From contig CAMYID010000022.1 in NCBI GenBank assembly GCA_947258435.1, forward strand, positions 106,961 to 170,960: a DNA stretch of 64,000 nt. The letters are read 5' to 3'. The translations under genes and the position numbers were made by a program. Position 1 is the stretch's first letter; each line of letters opens with the position of its first letter. This document shows positions 9,750 to 22,464 of the stretch, piece by piece. This DNA is from an uncultured Alphaproteobacteria bacterium (GTDB lineage Bacteria; Pseudomonadota; Alphaproteobacteria; UBA11222). The notes below the pieces were generated by a model. That model worked only from the letters and a program-made list of their open reading frames with translations, was not told the origin of the DNA and ran no database searches.

Positions 9750-11960
9750 ATGGATTCGCCCAGTTCCACCGCCGCTGAAACCCGCATCACCGGGCGCGCC
9801 AGCATTCTGCTGCCGCTGCCGCTTGCGGGCGCTTATGATTATCTCGTCCCTGAGGGGATGATCTTACATGCGGGCGATTACGTGGTGGTGCCGCTGGGCA
9901 CCCGTGAACGAATCGCCGTGGTATGGGGTCCGGGCAGTGACGCCTTGCCCGCCGCGCGGCTGAAAGCGGTACTTGAAAGACGTGATGCACCGCCAATGCC
10001 CGCCGATCTGCGCGCCTTTATCGACTGGGTGGCGAGCTATACGATTCAGCCGCCAGGCGCAGTGCTGCGCATGGCGATGCGGGTACCCGCGGCCCTGACC
10101 CCGCCCACCCCGGTGACCGCCTATCTTTTTTCGGGCGGCAAGCTGCCCGAAAGACTGACCGAGCCGCGGCGGCGGGTCCTCGATACCATGGCCGCGACAT
10201 CCGACCCGCTGACAGCGGCGGAGATTGCCCGCAAGGCGCAGGTCAGCAATGCGGTGGTCCGCGGGCTTGCCGATTGCGGCGCATTAAAGCGGGTGAGCCG
10301 ACCCAGGCATGCGCCCTTGCCGCAACCCGTCCTCGATACAGAATCAGTCACCCTGTCACCCGATCAGCAGGCGGCAGCCGCCACATTACGCACGAGTATC
10401 GCGCAAGACGCATTTTCGGTCACCCTGCTTGAAGGGGTCACCGGATCGGGCAAGACGGAAGTCTATTTCGATGCCATTGCCGAGACCTTGCGGCGCGGAC
10501 GGCAAGCTCTGATTCTGTTGCCCGAGATCGCGCTGACCGTGCAGTTTCTGAGCCGGTTCGAAAAGCGATTCGGCTGCCAGCCCGCAGCCTGGCATTCCGA
10601 GTTGTCACCACCACGCCGTCAGCATATCTGGCGCGCGGTGGCCGAAGGCGAGGTGCGGGTGCTTGTCGGCGCACGCTCGGCGCTGTTTCTGCCCTTCAGC
10701 GAACCCGGCCTGATTGTCGTTGACGAAGAACATGACCCCGCCTTCAAACAGGAGGAAGGGGTGATTTACCACGCCCGCGACATGGCAGTCGTGCGCGCCA
10801 GCCTTGGCGGATTTCCGATTCTGCTTTCCAGCGCCACCCCTTCGCTTGAATCCCGCGTCAATGCGGCAAGCGGCCGCTATCGCACGATCGCCCTGCCGCA
10901 ACGCCATGGCGGGGCGATGCTGCCGACGATCGAAGCCGTCGATATGCGGGCCGCCGCATTGCCGGCCGACCGTTGGCTGTCGCCGCAGCTTGTGACGCGG
11001 ATGGGCGAAACCCTCGAGCGCGGCGAACAGGTGTTGTTGTTTTTGAACCGGCGCGGTTATGCGCCGCTGACCTTGTGCCGCGCCTGCGGGCACCGGCTGG
11101 AATGCCCCCATTGCAGCGCCTGGCTTGTCGAGCACCGGTTTCACGGTCGCGTCCAGTGTCACCATTGCGGCTTTGAAGCGGCAAAACCCGAAAGTTGCCC
11201 CGCCTGCGGAGAAGAAGCGTCTCTGGTCGCCTGTGGTCCCGGTATCGAGCGGCTGGCCGAGGAAGTGGCGCGCGTGCTGCCCGCTGTCACCCCCGCCATC
11301 CTGTCCGGCGACAATCCACGCGAACGCGGGCTGAGCAGCGTACGCGAGACGATCGATGCCTTCGGGCGCGGCGACATCCGGTTGCTGATCGGTACCCAGA
11401 TCATCGCCAAGGGACATAATTTCCCCGGACTGACGCTGGTTGGGGTGGTGGATGCGGATCTGGGATTGTCGGGCGGCGATCTGCGCGCCGCCGAACGCAC
11501 TTTCCAGTTGCTGCATCAGGTGTCGGGCCGCGCCGGACGGGGCGAACGGCCCGGCCATGTCATCCTGCAAAGTTATATGCCCGAGCATCCGGTGATGCAG
11601 GCGCTGGTATCCGGCGATTCGGAACGCTTCATGACGACGGAAACAGCGGCGCGCCGGGCACGACGGCTCCCGCCCTTCGGCCGGCTCGTCGCGCTTATTC
11701 TGTCAGGCCCCGATCTGGGGCAGATACAGCAGCTGGCTGCAACCCTTGCCCGCACTGCTCCCCATGAGACGGGCGTCACGCTGCTTGGCCCTGCCCCCGC
11801 GCCGCTGGCGCTGCTGCGCGGGAGGCACCGCTACCGGCTGCTGCTGATGACCGACCGGCAGCGCAATATCCAGCAGACGATCCGGCGATGGCTGGCGCAA
11901 CACAAGATCCCGAATGCGGTACGGCTGCATATCGATGTCGACCCCTACAGTTTTTTATAG
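9750..11960 (+). CDS. priA: primosomal protein N' (replication restart helicase)
   Basis: 736 aa. DEAD/DEAH helicase Walker A GVTGSGKTEV and DEEH box. Cys4-Cys4 zinc ribbon CRACGHRLECPHCSAWLVEHR...CHHCGFEAAKPESCPACGE. Confidence 0.9.
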   Translation: MDSPSSTAAETRITGRASILLPLPLAGAYDYLVPEGMILHAGDYVVVPLGTRERIAVVWGPGSDALPAARLKAVLERRDAPPMPADLRAFIDWVASYTIQPPGAVLRMAMRVPAALTPPTPVTAYLFSGGKLPERLTEPRRRVLDTMAATSDPLTAAEIARKAQVSNAVVRGLADCGALKRVSRPRHAPLPQPVLDTESVTLSPDQQAAAATLRTSIAQDAFSVTLLEGVTGSGKTEVYFDAIAETLRRGRQALILLPEIALTVQFLSRFEKRFGCQPAAWHSELSPPRRQHIWRAVAEGEVRVLVGARSALFLPFSEPGLIVVDEEHDPAFKQEEGVIYHARDMAVVRASLGGFPILLSSATPSLESRVNAASGRYRTIALPQRHGGAMLPTIEAVDMRAAALPADRWLSPQLVTRMGETLERGEQVLLFLNRRGYAPLTLCRACGHRLECPHCSAWLVEHRFHGRVQCHHCGFEAAKPESCPACGEEASLVACGPGIERLAEEVARVLPAVTPAILSGDNPRERGLSSVRETIDAFGRGDIRLLIGTQIIAKGHNFPGLTLVGVVDADLGLSGGDLRAAERTFQLLHQVSGRAGRGERPGHVILQSYMPEHPVMQALVSGDSERFMTTETAARRARRLPPFGRLVALILSGPDLGQIQQLAATLARTAPHETGVTLLGPAPAPLALLRGRHRYRLLLMTDRQRNIQQTIRRWLAQHKIPNAVRLHIDVDPYSFL

Positions 11961-12245
11961 AGCCTGCATCGCGACCGCGATCGGCACTGCAGCACAAGGC
12001 CGGCAACGGAAAAATTGCGGTAATTGCCAAATTGTGGGGCCGGACGTGCTTGCGTGGCTGCAATCGGTATGTTACGACACGCCCGGCCTTGCGGGGGAGC
12101 GGTTGGGGCCGCACCATTCTGGTTGCCCAAAGGCTCAATCTGGTTGCCCAGAGGCTATAGTATTCAAGCTGTTAGCGTTTTCCGCCTTATGGCGGGCAAA
12201 CGCCGCCCAACAAGATCGAGAGAATCTCACTTGGCGGAAGATGGA

Positions 12246-12799
12246 ATGACAATTGCCGGTGTGTCCGGCCTGGCGGGTCGTTATGCCACTGCCCTGTTCG
12301 AACTCGCGCGCGACGCTGGTGAGCTCGACGCGATAGCAGGCGATCTGACAACCCTGAAATCACTGATCAATGACAGCCAGGATCTGCGCCGCCTCGTACG
12401 TAGCCCCGTTTTCTCCCGTGAGGAGCAGGGCAAGGCGATGGCCGCCATTCTGGAAAAAGCGCGTGCCGCTCAGCTGACACAGCGCTTTATCGGGCTGGTC
12501 GCCGCGAAACGGCGTCTGTTCGCGCTACCTGGCATGATCGACGCCTTTATGAGCCTGCTGGCGCAACATCGGGGCGAGGTCACAGCGCAGGTTATTTCGG
12601 CGCATAGTCTCGATGAGGGGCAGATGACGGCACTGGCCGATGCGCTGAAGAAAGCGGCGGGCAGCGATGTTCAGATCGAAACCCGTATCGATAACGAAAT
12701 TCTTGGCGGACTGATCGTCCGCATGGGGAGCCGGATGATCGACTCCTCCCTTCGCACAAAATTGACCAATTTACAGGTCGCCATGAAAGAGGTTGGCTG

Positions 12800-12800
<1 letters not shown>
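12246..12800 (+). CDS. atpH: F0F1 ATP synthase subunit delta
   Basis: Start at [21 protein letters not shown] (ATG 12246). Stop overlaps the atpA ATG as TGATG. Confidence 0.85.
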
Positions 12801-14329
<1,529 letters not shown>

Positions 14330-14374
14330 TCCGGCTGACCGGGTTCAGAAAAAGACGGCGGAACGGGAAGGTTC

Positions 14375-15259
14375 ATGGCCAGCCTAAAGGAACTAAAAGA
14401 CCGCATTGCCAGCGTCCAATCGACGCAGAAGATCACCAAGGCAATGCAGATGGTGGCGGCAGCCAAATTGCGCCGGGCGCAGGAAGCTGCCGAAGCCTCA
14501 CGCCCCTATGCGGAACGTATGAGTAAAGTGATCGCCAATCTGGCCACCGGCATTGCCGGTCAGGATGGCGCGCCGCTTCTTCTTGCCGGCAATGGCAGGA
14601 ATGAAACGCATCTGCTGATCGTGGCCACGGCCGAACGCGGCCTGTGCGGCGGCTTCAATTCCAGTATTGCGCGTCTGGCGCGTGAACATGCGCTGAAATT
14701 GCAGGCCGAGGGCAAGACAGTCAAAATCCTCTGTATCGGCAAGAAGGGCCGCGACGCGCTGAAACGGCATTGCGGCGAATTGATCATCGATACGGTGGAT
14801 TTGAGTGCGGAACGTTCGGTCCGCTTTGCCAATGCCGCTGATGTGGGTAACCGCGCTTTGGCGATGTTCGAAGCCGGCGAGTTTGACATCTGCACCCTGT
14901 TCTTCAGCCGCTTTCATTCGGTTATCGCACAGGAGCCGACGGCAAAGCAGCTTATCCCGGTGGAAATCACCGCGGCTGAGGGCGAGGATACGGGTCTTGC
15001 GGGCGCTGCCTATGACTATGAGCCCGACGAGACGGAAATTCTCGCCGATCTGCTGCCGCGCAATGTCTCTGTGCAGATTTTCAGCGCACTGCTTGAAAAT
15101 GCAGCGAGCGAGCAGGGGGCACGCATGTCCGCGATGGATAGTGCCACCCGCAATGCGGGCGAGATGATCGAAAAACTGACGCTGACCTATAACCGGACGC
15201 GTCAGGCCGTGATTACCAAGGAACTGATTGAAATTATTTCCGGCGCCGAGGCGCTGTAG
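14375..15259 (+). CDS. atpG: F0F1 ATP synthase subunit gamma
   Basis: 294 aa. [36 protein letters not shown]. Confidence 0.95.
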   Translation: MASLKELKDRIASVQSTQKITKAMQMVAAAKLRRAQEAAEASRPYAERMSKVIANLATGIAGQDGAPLLLAGNGRNETHLLIVATAERGLCGGFNSSIARLAREHALKLQAEGKTVKILCIGKKGRDALKRHCGELIIDTVDLSAERSVRFANAADVGNRALAMFEAGEFDICTLFFSRFHSVIAQEPTAKQLIPVEITAAEGEDTGLAGAAYDYEPDETEILADLLPRNVSVQIFSALLENAASEQGARMSAMDSATRNAGEMIEKLTLTYNRTRQAVITKELIEIISGAEAL

Positions 15260-15281
15260 CAAGACGCGACGAGAGGGTTAG

Positions 15282-16709
<1,428 letters not shown>

Positions 16710-16761
16710 GCAGCCCCGGACCACCGCAAGCTGAACAACCGCAAGGCAAAAGGATAAACCG

Positions 16762-17157
16762 ATGGCGGATAAACTCGCCTTTGAACTGGTATCTCCGGAA
16801 AAGCTGCTGATGTCGGCAGAGGTCGATATGGTTGTCGTCCCGGGCAGCGAAGGCGATTTCGGTGTGCTGTCAGGGCATGCGCCGGTGGTATCGACCCTGC
16901 GGCCCGGCGTGATCGACGTGAGCGACGACGGGCGCGCGGCACGGATTTTCGTGCGCGGCGGCTTTGCCGAAGTTACCCCGGCGGGGTTGACCGTGCTGGC
17001 CGAAGATGCACTGAATCTTGCCGAACTCGATGCCGGTGAGCTTGATCAGCGGATCCAGAACGCCCGCGAAGACGTGGCAGATGCGGCTGATGACATCACC
17101 CGCGCGGCAGCGCAGGCTGTGCTCGATAATCTGCAGGAAATTCGCGCAACGCTCTAA
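16762..17157 (+). CDS. atpC: F0F1 ATP synthase subunit epsilon
   Basis: 131 aa. Last gene of the atpHAGDC operon. Confidence 0.9.
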   Translation: MADKLAFELVSPEKLLMSAEVDMVVVPGSEGDFGVLSGHAPVVSTLRPGVIDVSDDGRAARIFVRGGFAEVTPAGLTVLAEDALNLAELDAGELDQRIQNAREDVADAADDITRAAAQAVLDNLQEIRATL

Positions 17158-17190
17158 AAACGGTTTCTCGGATTTATGTGACAGGAAAAT

Positions 17191-17216
17191 GGCGCAGCGA
17201 TGCGCTATTTTTTTGG
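17191..17216 (+). terminator. rho-independent terminator of the atp operon
   Basis: GGCGCA-gcga-TGCGCT hairpin followed by a T7 run (tattttttt), 35 nt after the atpC stop. Confidence 0.6.
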
Positions 17217-17237
17217 CACCCCCCAACTGCCGTGGCG

Positions 17238-18479
17238 TTAGACGATCATGAACTGCGCAGCCAGCAACGCAGCTGCGCCTGCCGCCCCCAATGGGGGCAG
17301 CCAACAGGGCGCACGGATCGGCAGATCCTCACGCGGTGCCGTGCGATGCAGACGTACCAGTGCCAGATTGACAAGCACAAACAAGCTCAACAGGACATTG
17401 CTTGTCATCGCCGCCAGCTCACCGACATTGAACGGCACAGCAAACAGCAGCACGATCCCACCGGCAATCAGCGTTGTGCGCACGGGTATCTGGCTGCGCC
17501 GTGACACCACGGCAAACCACGCCGGCAGCCAACCCCGACGCGCCATGCCATAACTGACCCGCGCCACCATCAGAATTTCGATCAGCACGCCATTGGCTGT
17601 GGCGATCAGCGCTACCGAGCCGAAAATTTCAGGATTGCCGATCGCGCTGCCGACCACCACATCGCGCAACGGCGTGGGCGAGCTCACAAGCGTCTCAAGC
17701 GGCACGGAAATGACCGCAACCGTTGCAACGGCAATATAGAGCAGTGTTGAAATGGAGAGCGCCAGGAAAATCGCAAGCGGCAGGACGCGATAGGCATCCT
17801 CCGCCTCTTCCGCCATATTGGCCATATTCTCAAAACCGAGAAATGCGAAAAAGGCGATGAATGCGCCCACCGCAATGCCCGCCGGCGCGGCACTCAGACC
17901 TGCAAGCTCGGAAACCGGTACAACAGGGCCTGTCTGCCAGACCTGGTGCCCGCCCGCGACAATCACATAGGCCAGCCCCAGCAGCTCGGCAAAAGTCATC
18001 AAAGCCGCAATACCAACGCTTTGCCGCACCCCAAGACAAGCGATAGCGGTGAACAGGATAACAAGCCCCGCCGCACCAAGCGGCACGGGAACAGGCGCAA
18101 GATCGCCAAGATAGGCCGCTGCGCCACGCGCGATCGAGGCCGCGGCCAAGATACCGACAATTGCAACCGCAAAGCCCACGATTCGCGACAGGGTGATGGA
18201 ATTAAAGGCGTGCCTGACATAGGCCGCCTGACCGGCCGCTTCGGGATAGCGGGCGACAAGTTCAGCATAGCTATAGCCGGTCGGCGCCACCAGAATACCG
18301 GCGATCAGAAAAGACAAAGGCGCGCTCACCCCTGCGGCACCAACAACTTCGCCGATCAGGACATAAATTCCCGCACCGACGATAATGCCAACCCCGTAAA
18401 GGGTCAGCATGCCAAGCCCCAGACTGCGGCGCAGTCCGGACCCGGACGCCTCATCGGCATGGCTGACGCTGCCGCTCAC
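17238..18479 (-). CDS. APC-family amino acid permease
   Basis: 413 aa polytopic membrane protein. N-terminal GMLTLYGVGIIVGAGIYVLIGEV motif. Confidence 0.8.
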   Translation of the reverse strand: MSGSVSHADEASGSGLRRSLGLGMLTLYGVGIIVGAGIYVLIGEVVGAAGVSAPLSFLIAGILVAPTGYSYAELVARYPEAAGQAAYVRHAFNSITLSRIVGFAVAIVGILAAASIARGAAAYLGDLAPVPVPLGAAGLVILFTAIACLGVRQSVGIAALMTFAELLGLAYVIVAGGHQVWQTGPVVPVSELAGLSAAPAGIAVGAFIAFFAFLGFENMANMAEEAEDAYRVLPLAIFLALSISTLLYIAVATVAVISVPLETLVSSPTPLRDVVVGSAIGNPEIFGSVALIATANGVLIEILMVARVSYGMARRGWLPAWFAVVSRRSQIPVRTTLIAGGIVLLFAVPFNVGELAAMTSNVLLSLFVLVNLALVRLHRTAPREDLPIRAPCWLPPLGAAGAAALLAAQFMIV

Positions 18480-19282
18480 TCCGCCGCCTGCATTGCCAGG
18501 CCGGGTTGTTCCTCCAGCCAGTCGATGCAGAATTCAGCGATCTCGTGCCAGCGCGGCCCCTCAATCAGCCAATGGCTGCAGCCATGAAAATTACGGAATT
18601 TGCCGTTGCGCCCATAGCGCCGCGCGATCTGGCGTACCGTCGCGGGCGGATTGATCGGGTCCTTGCCGCCTGAAACCGCCAATACAGGAATCTGTACCTT
18701 GCGCGGGTTCACCCTGGCTGAACCGCCCGGATCCAGCGCCCAGCAAAGAATTTCATGCATCGCGCAACCTGACTCGGGCACCAGCCGCGCCAGAATACGA
18801 TGCCGGTCCCCGCGCGGCAGATGATCAAGCGAATGTTGCGAGGCAACATGATAGTCGGGCATGACGACCTGTCCCCAGCCAACCCCGCTTGCCCAAACGC
18901 TGGCCGAGGAAAAAAACTCAAATGGCGTCGACGGCAGAATGCCGGCCGGCGGCGATGGAGCAAGCAGCAGCATCGCCTTGCCATAGCCGCGCGCCGCCAG
19001 CATCTGGCACAGCAATCCCCCCATTGAATGCCCCATCAGGACAGGTTGTTCATCAAGCGCATCAATCTGCTGGCGCAAATCATGCAGATAATCACGCAGG
19101 CTCGTCTGCCCGAGTCCGGGGTGCGGCGCCCGGTTCGGCCTGCTGTCATGATAGCGCAGATCGGGCGTCAGGCACCGATAGCCCCGCGCCTCGAAAAACG
19201 GTTTGAACTTTTCAAATGCCCAGCCCCCACTGAACGCGCCATGCACCATCAGAATGGTCGGACGCTTGCCCTTATCGCTCAC
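18476..19282 (-). CDS. alpha/beta-fold hydrolase
   Basis: GHSMGG nucleophile elbow and HGAFSGGW oxyanion region. GTG start overlaps the rppH stop (GTGA). Its stop overlaps the permease start. Confidence 0.75.
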   Translation of the reverse strand: MSDKGKRPTILMVHGAFSGGWAFEKFKPFFEARGYRCLTPDLRYHDSRPNRAPHPGLGQTSLRDYLHDLRQQIDALDEQPVLMGHSMGGLLCQMLAARGYGKAMLLLAPSPPAGILPSTPFEFFSSASVWASGVGWGQVVMPDYHVASQHSLDHLPRGDRHRILARLVPESGCAMHEILCWALDPGGSARVNPRKVQIPVLAVSGGKDPINPPATVRQIARRYGRNGKFRNFHGCSHWLIEGPRWHEIAEFCIDWLEEQPGLAMQAAE

Positions 19283-19848
19283 CCGACCCCCGATGTCTTT
19301 GCGATCTGCCGGATCACATCGTCGAATTCCGACAGTATCTCCCGATAGACATCGCGCTTGAATTCAATGACATAATCGGCAACCCTGGCAGGCGCGACCC
19401 ACTTCCAGGCATCGAATTCAGGATGCGCGGTATTCAGATCCACATCCGAATCGCGGCCCTCAAACCGCATCGCATACCATTTCTGCGTCTGACCGCGATA
19501 ACGGCCGCGCCATTTTTTCGCAGCGATCTCAGGCGGCAGATCATAGCTGTACCAGAAGCGTGACGCCGCCAGTATCGTCGCGCGCGCAATACCGGTCTCT
19601 TCCAGCAATTCACGCTGCGCCGCTGTTTCGGGTGCCTCACCAGGATCAATTCCCCCTTGCGGCATCTGCCAGGGTTTGGGAGCGGCACCTGAGGGGGCCT
19701 CATTGCTGCCCAAATCGAGCCGGCGGGCGACAAATATGCGCCCTGCCGGGTTGATCAGACAAATACCGACACATTGACGATAATCGGCCGGCGGCGTTTC
19801 ACGGGGCGCGGGCGCTGTATTACTGAACGACATAGCTCTCTCATCCAT
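19279..19848 (-). CDS. rppH: RNA pyrophosphohydrolase (NUDIX)
   Basis: Nudix box GGIDPGEAPETAAQRELLEETGI. YRQCVGICLINPAGRIFVARR N-terminus. The start may instead be the internal Met at 19833. Confidence 0.8.
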   Translation of the reverse strand: MDERAMSFSNTAPAPRETPPADYRQCVGICLINPAGRIFVARRLDLGSNEAPSGAAPKPWQMPQGGIDPGEAPETAAQRELLEETGIARATILAASRFWYSYDLPPEIAAKKWRGRYRGQTQKWYAMRFEGRDSDVDLNTAHPEFDAWKWVAPARVADYVIEFKRDVYREILSEFDDVIRQIAKTSGVG

Positions 19849-19948
19849 TATTGCGACGCTCGGTCACTTCTGACCCTCTTGCTTCCTGAGGGATGTCATA
19901 CAAGCGCGCCGCCACCACATCCCCGGCATGCCACGGCATCCTGACAAG

Positions 19949-21106
19949 CTAACGCACGCCGGCCGACACCGGCACCAGTACAATGCCGCGTTTTTCAAGC
20001 CCCGCGGCCCAATTCGTCACAGTCTCGACAGTCACCGGATAGGGCGAACCAACGCCAACCGCAAATCCGCGATCGATGGCCACGGCCTCAAGTTCGGCGA
20101 GCTGCCGGCCGATATAGGCCCTGTTGGGTTCCACATCGATCCGCCGGTCGCTGGTGAGCGCCGGCATATCGATCTGACCGGCAAGCCCGGCAATCAAACT
20201 GCGACGGCTGCCGCTGTCATCGACGATCATCAGACCACGACCTTTCAGTTCGGCCACAACCGGCGCCAGTGCGACTTCGGCTGTCAGAAATTTGGCACCC
20301 AGAAAATTGATAACCCCGACATAGCCGGTAAACCGGCTCAGCAGCCATTCGAGCCGGCTTGTATTTTCTTCGGCTGAAAGCTCGGTCAGCAACGCATAGG
20401 GACCGGGATCATTTTCAGGAAAATCATGCGGCTCCATCGGCAGTTCCAGCAGAACCTCATGCCCATAGGCGCGCGACTGATCGATCCAGTCCTGCAACCG
20501 CTGAACATAAGGGGTATAGGCAAGCGAAACCTCCGCGGGCAGGTTTTTCAGCGCCGCACTGGTCGTCGCCCGGCTTAACCCCATGCCACCAATGACGATT
20601 GCGACCCTGGGGCGCGGATCGCTGCTGTCGAAGGGATGCGCATAAACATGCCATGACTGCGCCCCGTCATCGGCGATTTTGGGCAGGGGGCCGACAACCG
20701 ATTGCTGAACAAGTGCAGGATCAGGTGCAACGCCGAGTTGTAATCGCCCGTCGGGGGCTTTTATCGCCGGCAAAACCCTGAGCGAGGGATTGCCCCGTGC
20801 CCGGACAACATTATTTGTACCCTCCGGCGCAACAGGCACCCCGGACTGCGCAGCAGGCGGGGTTCCAGCCCCCAGATCCAGTATCGTCTCGGTCTGCTCA
20901 AGCGACAGCGAAACGGCCGCAGGGGGGGCAGGGGGCGCGGATAAGGCAAGCCAGGCAATCACCCCGCCCAACGCGGCCAACACGAGGAAGGTTGCCATCA
21001 GGACCGGATTGGTTCCGCCGCGCGGCTGTTCGTCCGCGTCCGGTTCTTGCTGTGCCGGTTCAGATGCAGGATTCCGTGACCGGAAAGCTCTCCAAAAAGC
21101 TGCCAA
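19949..21106 (-). CDS. divergent polysaccharide deacetylase family protein (YibQ-like) with N-terminal TM and Pro-rich linker
   Basis: 385 aa. HEVLLELPMEPHDFPENDPGPYALL...GLMIVDDSGSRRS. Lies in the conserved envC-ctpA-deacetylase-rppH order. Confidence 0.7.
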   Translation of the reverse strand: MAAFWRAFRSRNPASEPAQQEPDADEQPRGGTNPVLMATFLVLAALGGVIAWLALSAPPAPPAAVSLSLEQTETILDLGAGTPPAAQSGVPVAPEGTNNVVRARGNPSLRVLPAIKAPDGRLQLGVAPDPALVQQSVVGPLPKIADDGAQSWHVYAHPFDSSDPRPRVAIVIGGMGLSRATTSAALKNLPAEVSLAYTPYVQRLQDWIDQSRAYGHEVLLELPMEPHDFPENDPGPYALLTELSAEENTSRLEWLLSRFTGYVGVINFLGAKFLTAEVALAPVVAELKGRGLMIVDDSGSRRSLIAGLAGQIDMPALTSDRRIDVEPNRAYIGRQLAELEAVAIDRGFAVGVGSPYPVTVETVTNWAAGLEKRGIVLVPVSAGVR

Positions 21107-21138
21107 AACAGATTGCCTGTCGGTTATACCGAAAGTCG

Positions 21139-22464
21139 CTAATTTACCGCGCGGTCGTTAATGAGGGAGATCCCGCGCAGTAAATCCAATGCATAGGCGA
21201 GCTGATAATCGTCAACCGTATCCTCATCGGCCTCCGCTCCCGCTTCGCCCGCATCGGGTTTTTCCGCATCGAGATGACCGCGCAGATCAGCCTCGCCACG
21301 ACCGCCGGAATCCTCCAGCGGTTCCACCTTCGCCTGCGCGACTTCGATATCCGGTTCGATCCCCTTGGCCTGGATCGACCGGCCCGAAGGGGTGTAATAG
21401 CGCGCGGTTGTCAGACGCAGCGCACCCTTGCCGCCCAGGGGAATGATTGTCTGCACCGACCCTTTGCCGAAACTTGCTGTGCCCAGCACAATCGCGCGCC
21501 GGTGATCCTGCAATGCGCCGGCAACGATTTCAGAAGCGCTGGCCGAGCCACCATTAATCAGCACAATGATTGGTTTACCGCTGCTGATATCGCCCTTCGA
21601 CGCATTGAAGCGCTGAATATCTTCCTCATGCCGCCCGCGTGTGGAGACGATTTCGCCACGATCGAGAAATTCGTCGCTTACCGCAACCGCCTGATCAAGC
21701 AGCCCGCCGGGATTATTCCGCAGATCCAGCACAACACCCTGAAACTCATTGCCGATCTCCTGCTTCAGGGTGGCAAGCTGTTCCTTGACACCGGAGTCGG
21801 TCTGTTCATTGAATGCCGAAATCCGCAGATAGGCAATATTACCTTCCCGCCGCGAACGGACGGATTGGATGGTAATGACATCGCGCGTGATCACCACCTC
21901 GAACGGGTCCGCCTCATTTTCGCGCGCAACAGTCAGGCGAATATCCGTGCGCACCGGTCCGCGCATCCGGTCGACCGCCTCGCGCAATGTCAGTCCGAGC
22001 ACCGCTTCCCCGTCAAGATGGGTGATATAATCACCCGACTGCAGCCCGGCGCGGGCCGCTGGCGTATCGTCAATCGGCGCAACCACCTTGATCAGGCCGT
22101 TTTCCATCGTAACCTCGATGCCAAGCCCGCCAAATTCACCCCGCGTCTGGACCTGCATATCCCGATAGCTTTCCGCATTCAGAAAACTCGAATGCGGATC
22201 AAGCGATGACAGCATGCCATTGATCGCCGCCTCGATCAGTTCCTTGTCCTCAGCCTCGGCAACGTGGTTATTGCGAATCCGCTCAAATACATCACCAAAC
22301 AGGTTAAGCTGTTCATATGTATCCGAATTCGCCGCATGGACCGCCGGGCCGGATGCCACAAGTGCCGGCAAGCTCAGCACAAGCGACAGCGATATGACTA
22401 ACGCAAATCTGATTTTTCCCGTCATCTGCTGCACCCCGTCGCCTGCATTCGCTTTTCTGACCAT
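21139..22464 (-). CDS. ctpA: carboxy-terminal processing protease (S41)
   Basis: 441 aa. PDZ segment GLQSGDYITHLDGEAVLGLTLREAV. S41 catalytic region GGSASASEIVAGALQD. Confidence 0.85.
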   Translation of the reverse strand: MVRKANAGDGVQQMTGKIRFALVISLSLVLSLPALVASGPAVHAANSDTYEQLNLFGDVFERIRNNHVAEAEDKELIEAAINGMLSSLDPHSSFLNAESYRDMQVQTRGEFGGLGIEVTMENGLIKVVAPIDDTPAARAGLQSGDYITHLDGEAVLGLTLREAVDRMRGPVRTDIRLTVARENEADPFEVVITRDVITIQSVRSRREGNIAYLRISAFNEQTDSGVKEQLATLKQEIGNEFQGVVLDLRNNPGGLLDQAVAVSDEFLDRGEIVSTRGRHEEDIQRFNASKGDISSGKPIIVLINGGSASASEIVAGALQDHRRAIVLGTASFGKGSVQTIIPLGGKGALRLTTARYYTPSGRSIQAKGIEPDIEVAQAKVEPLEDSGGRGEADLRGHLDAEKPDAGEAGAEADEDTVDDYQLAYALDLLRGISLINDRAVN

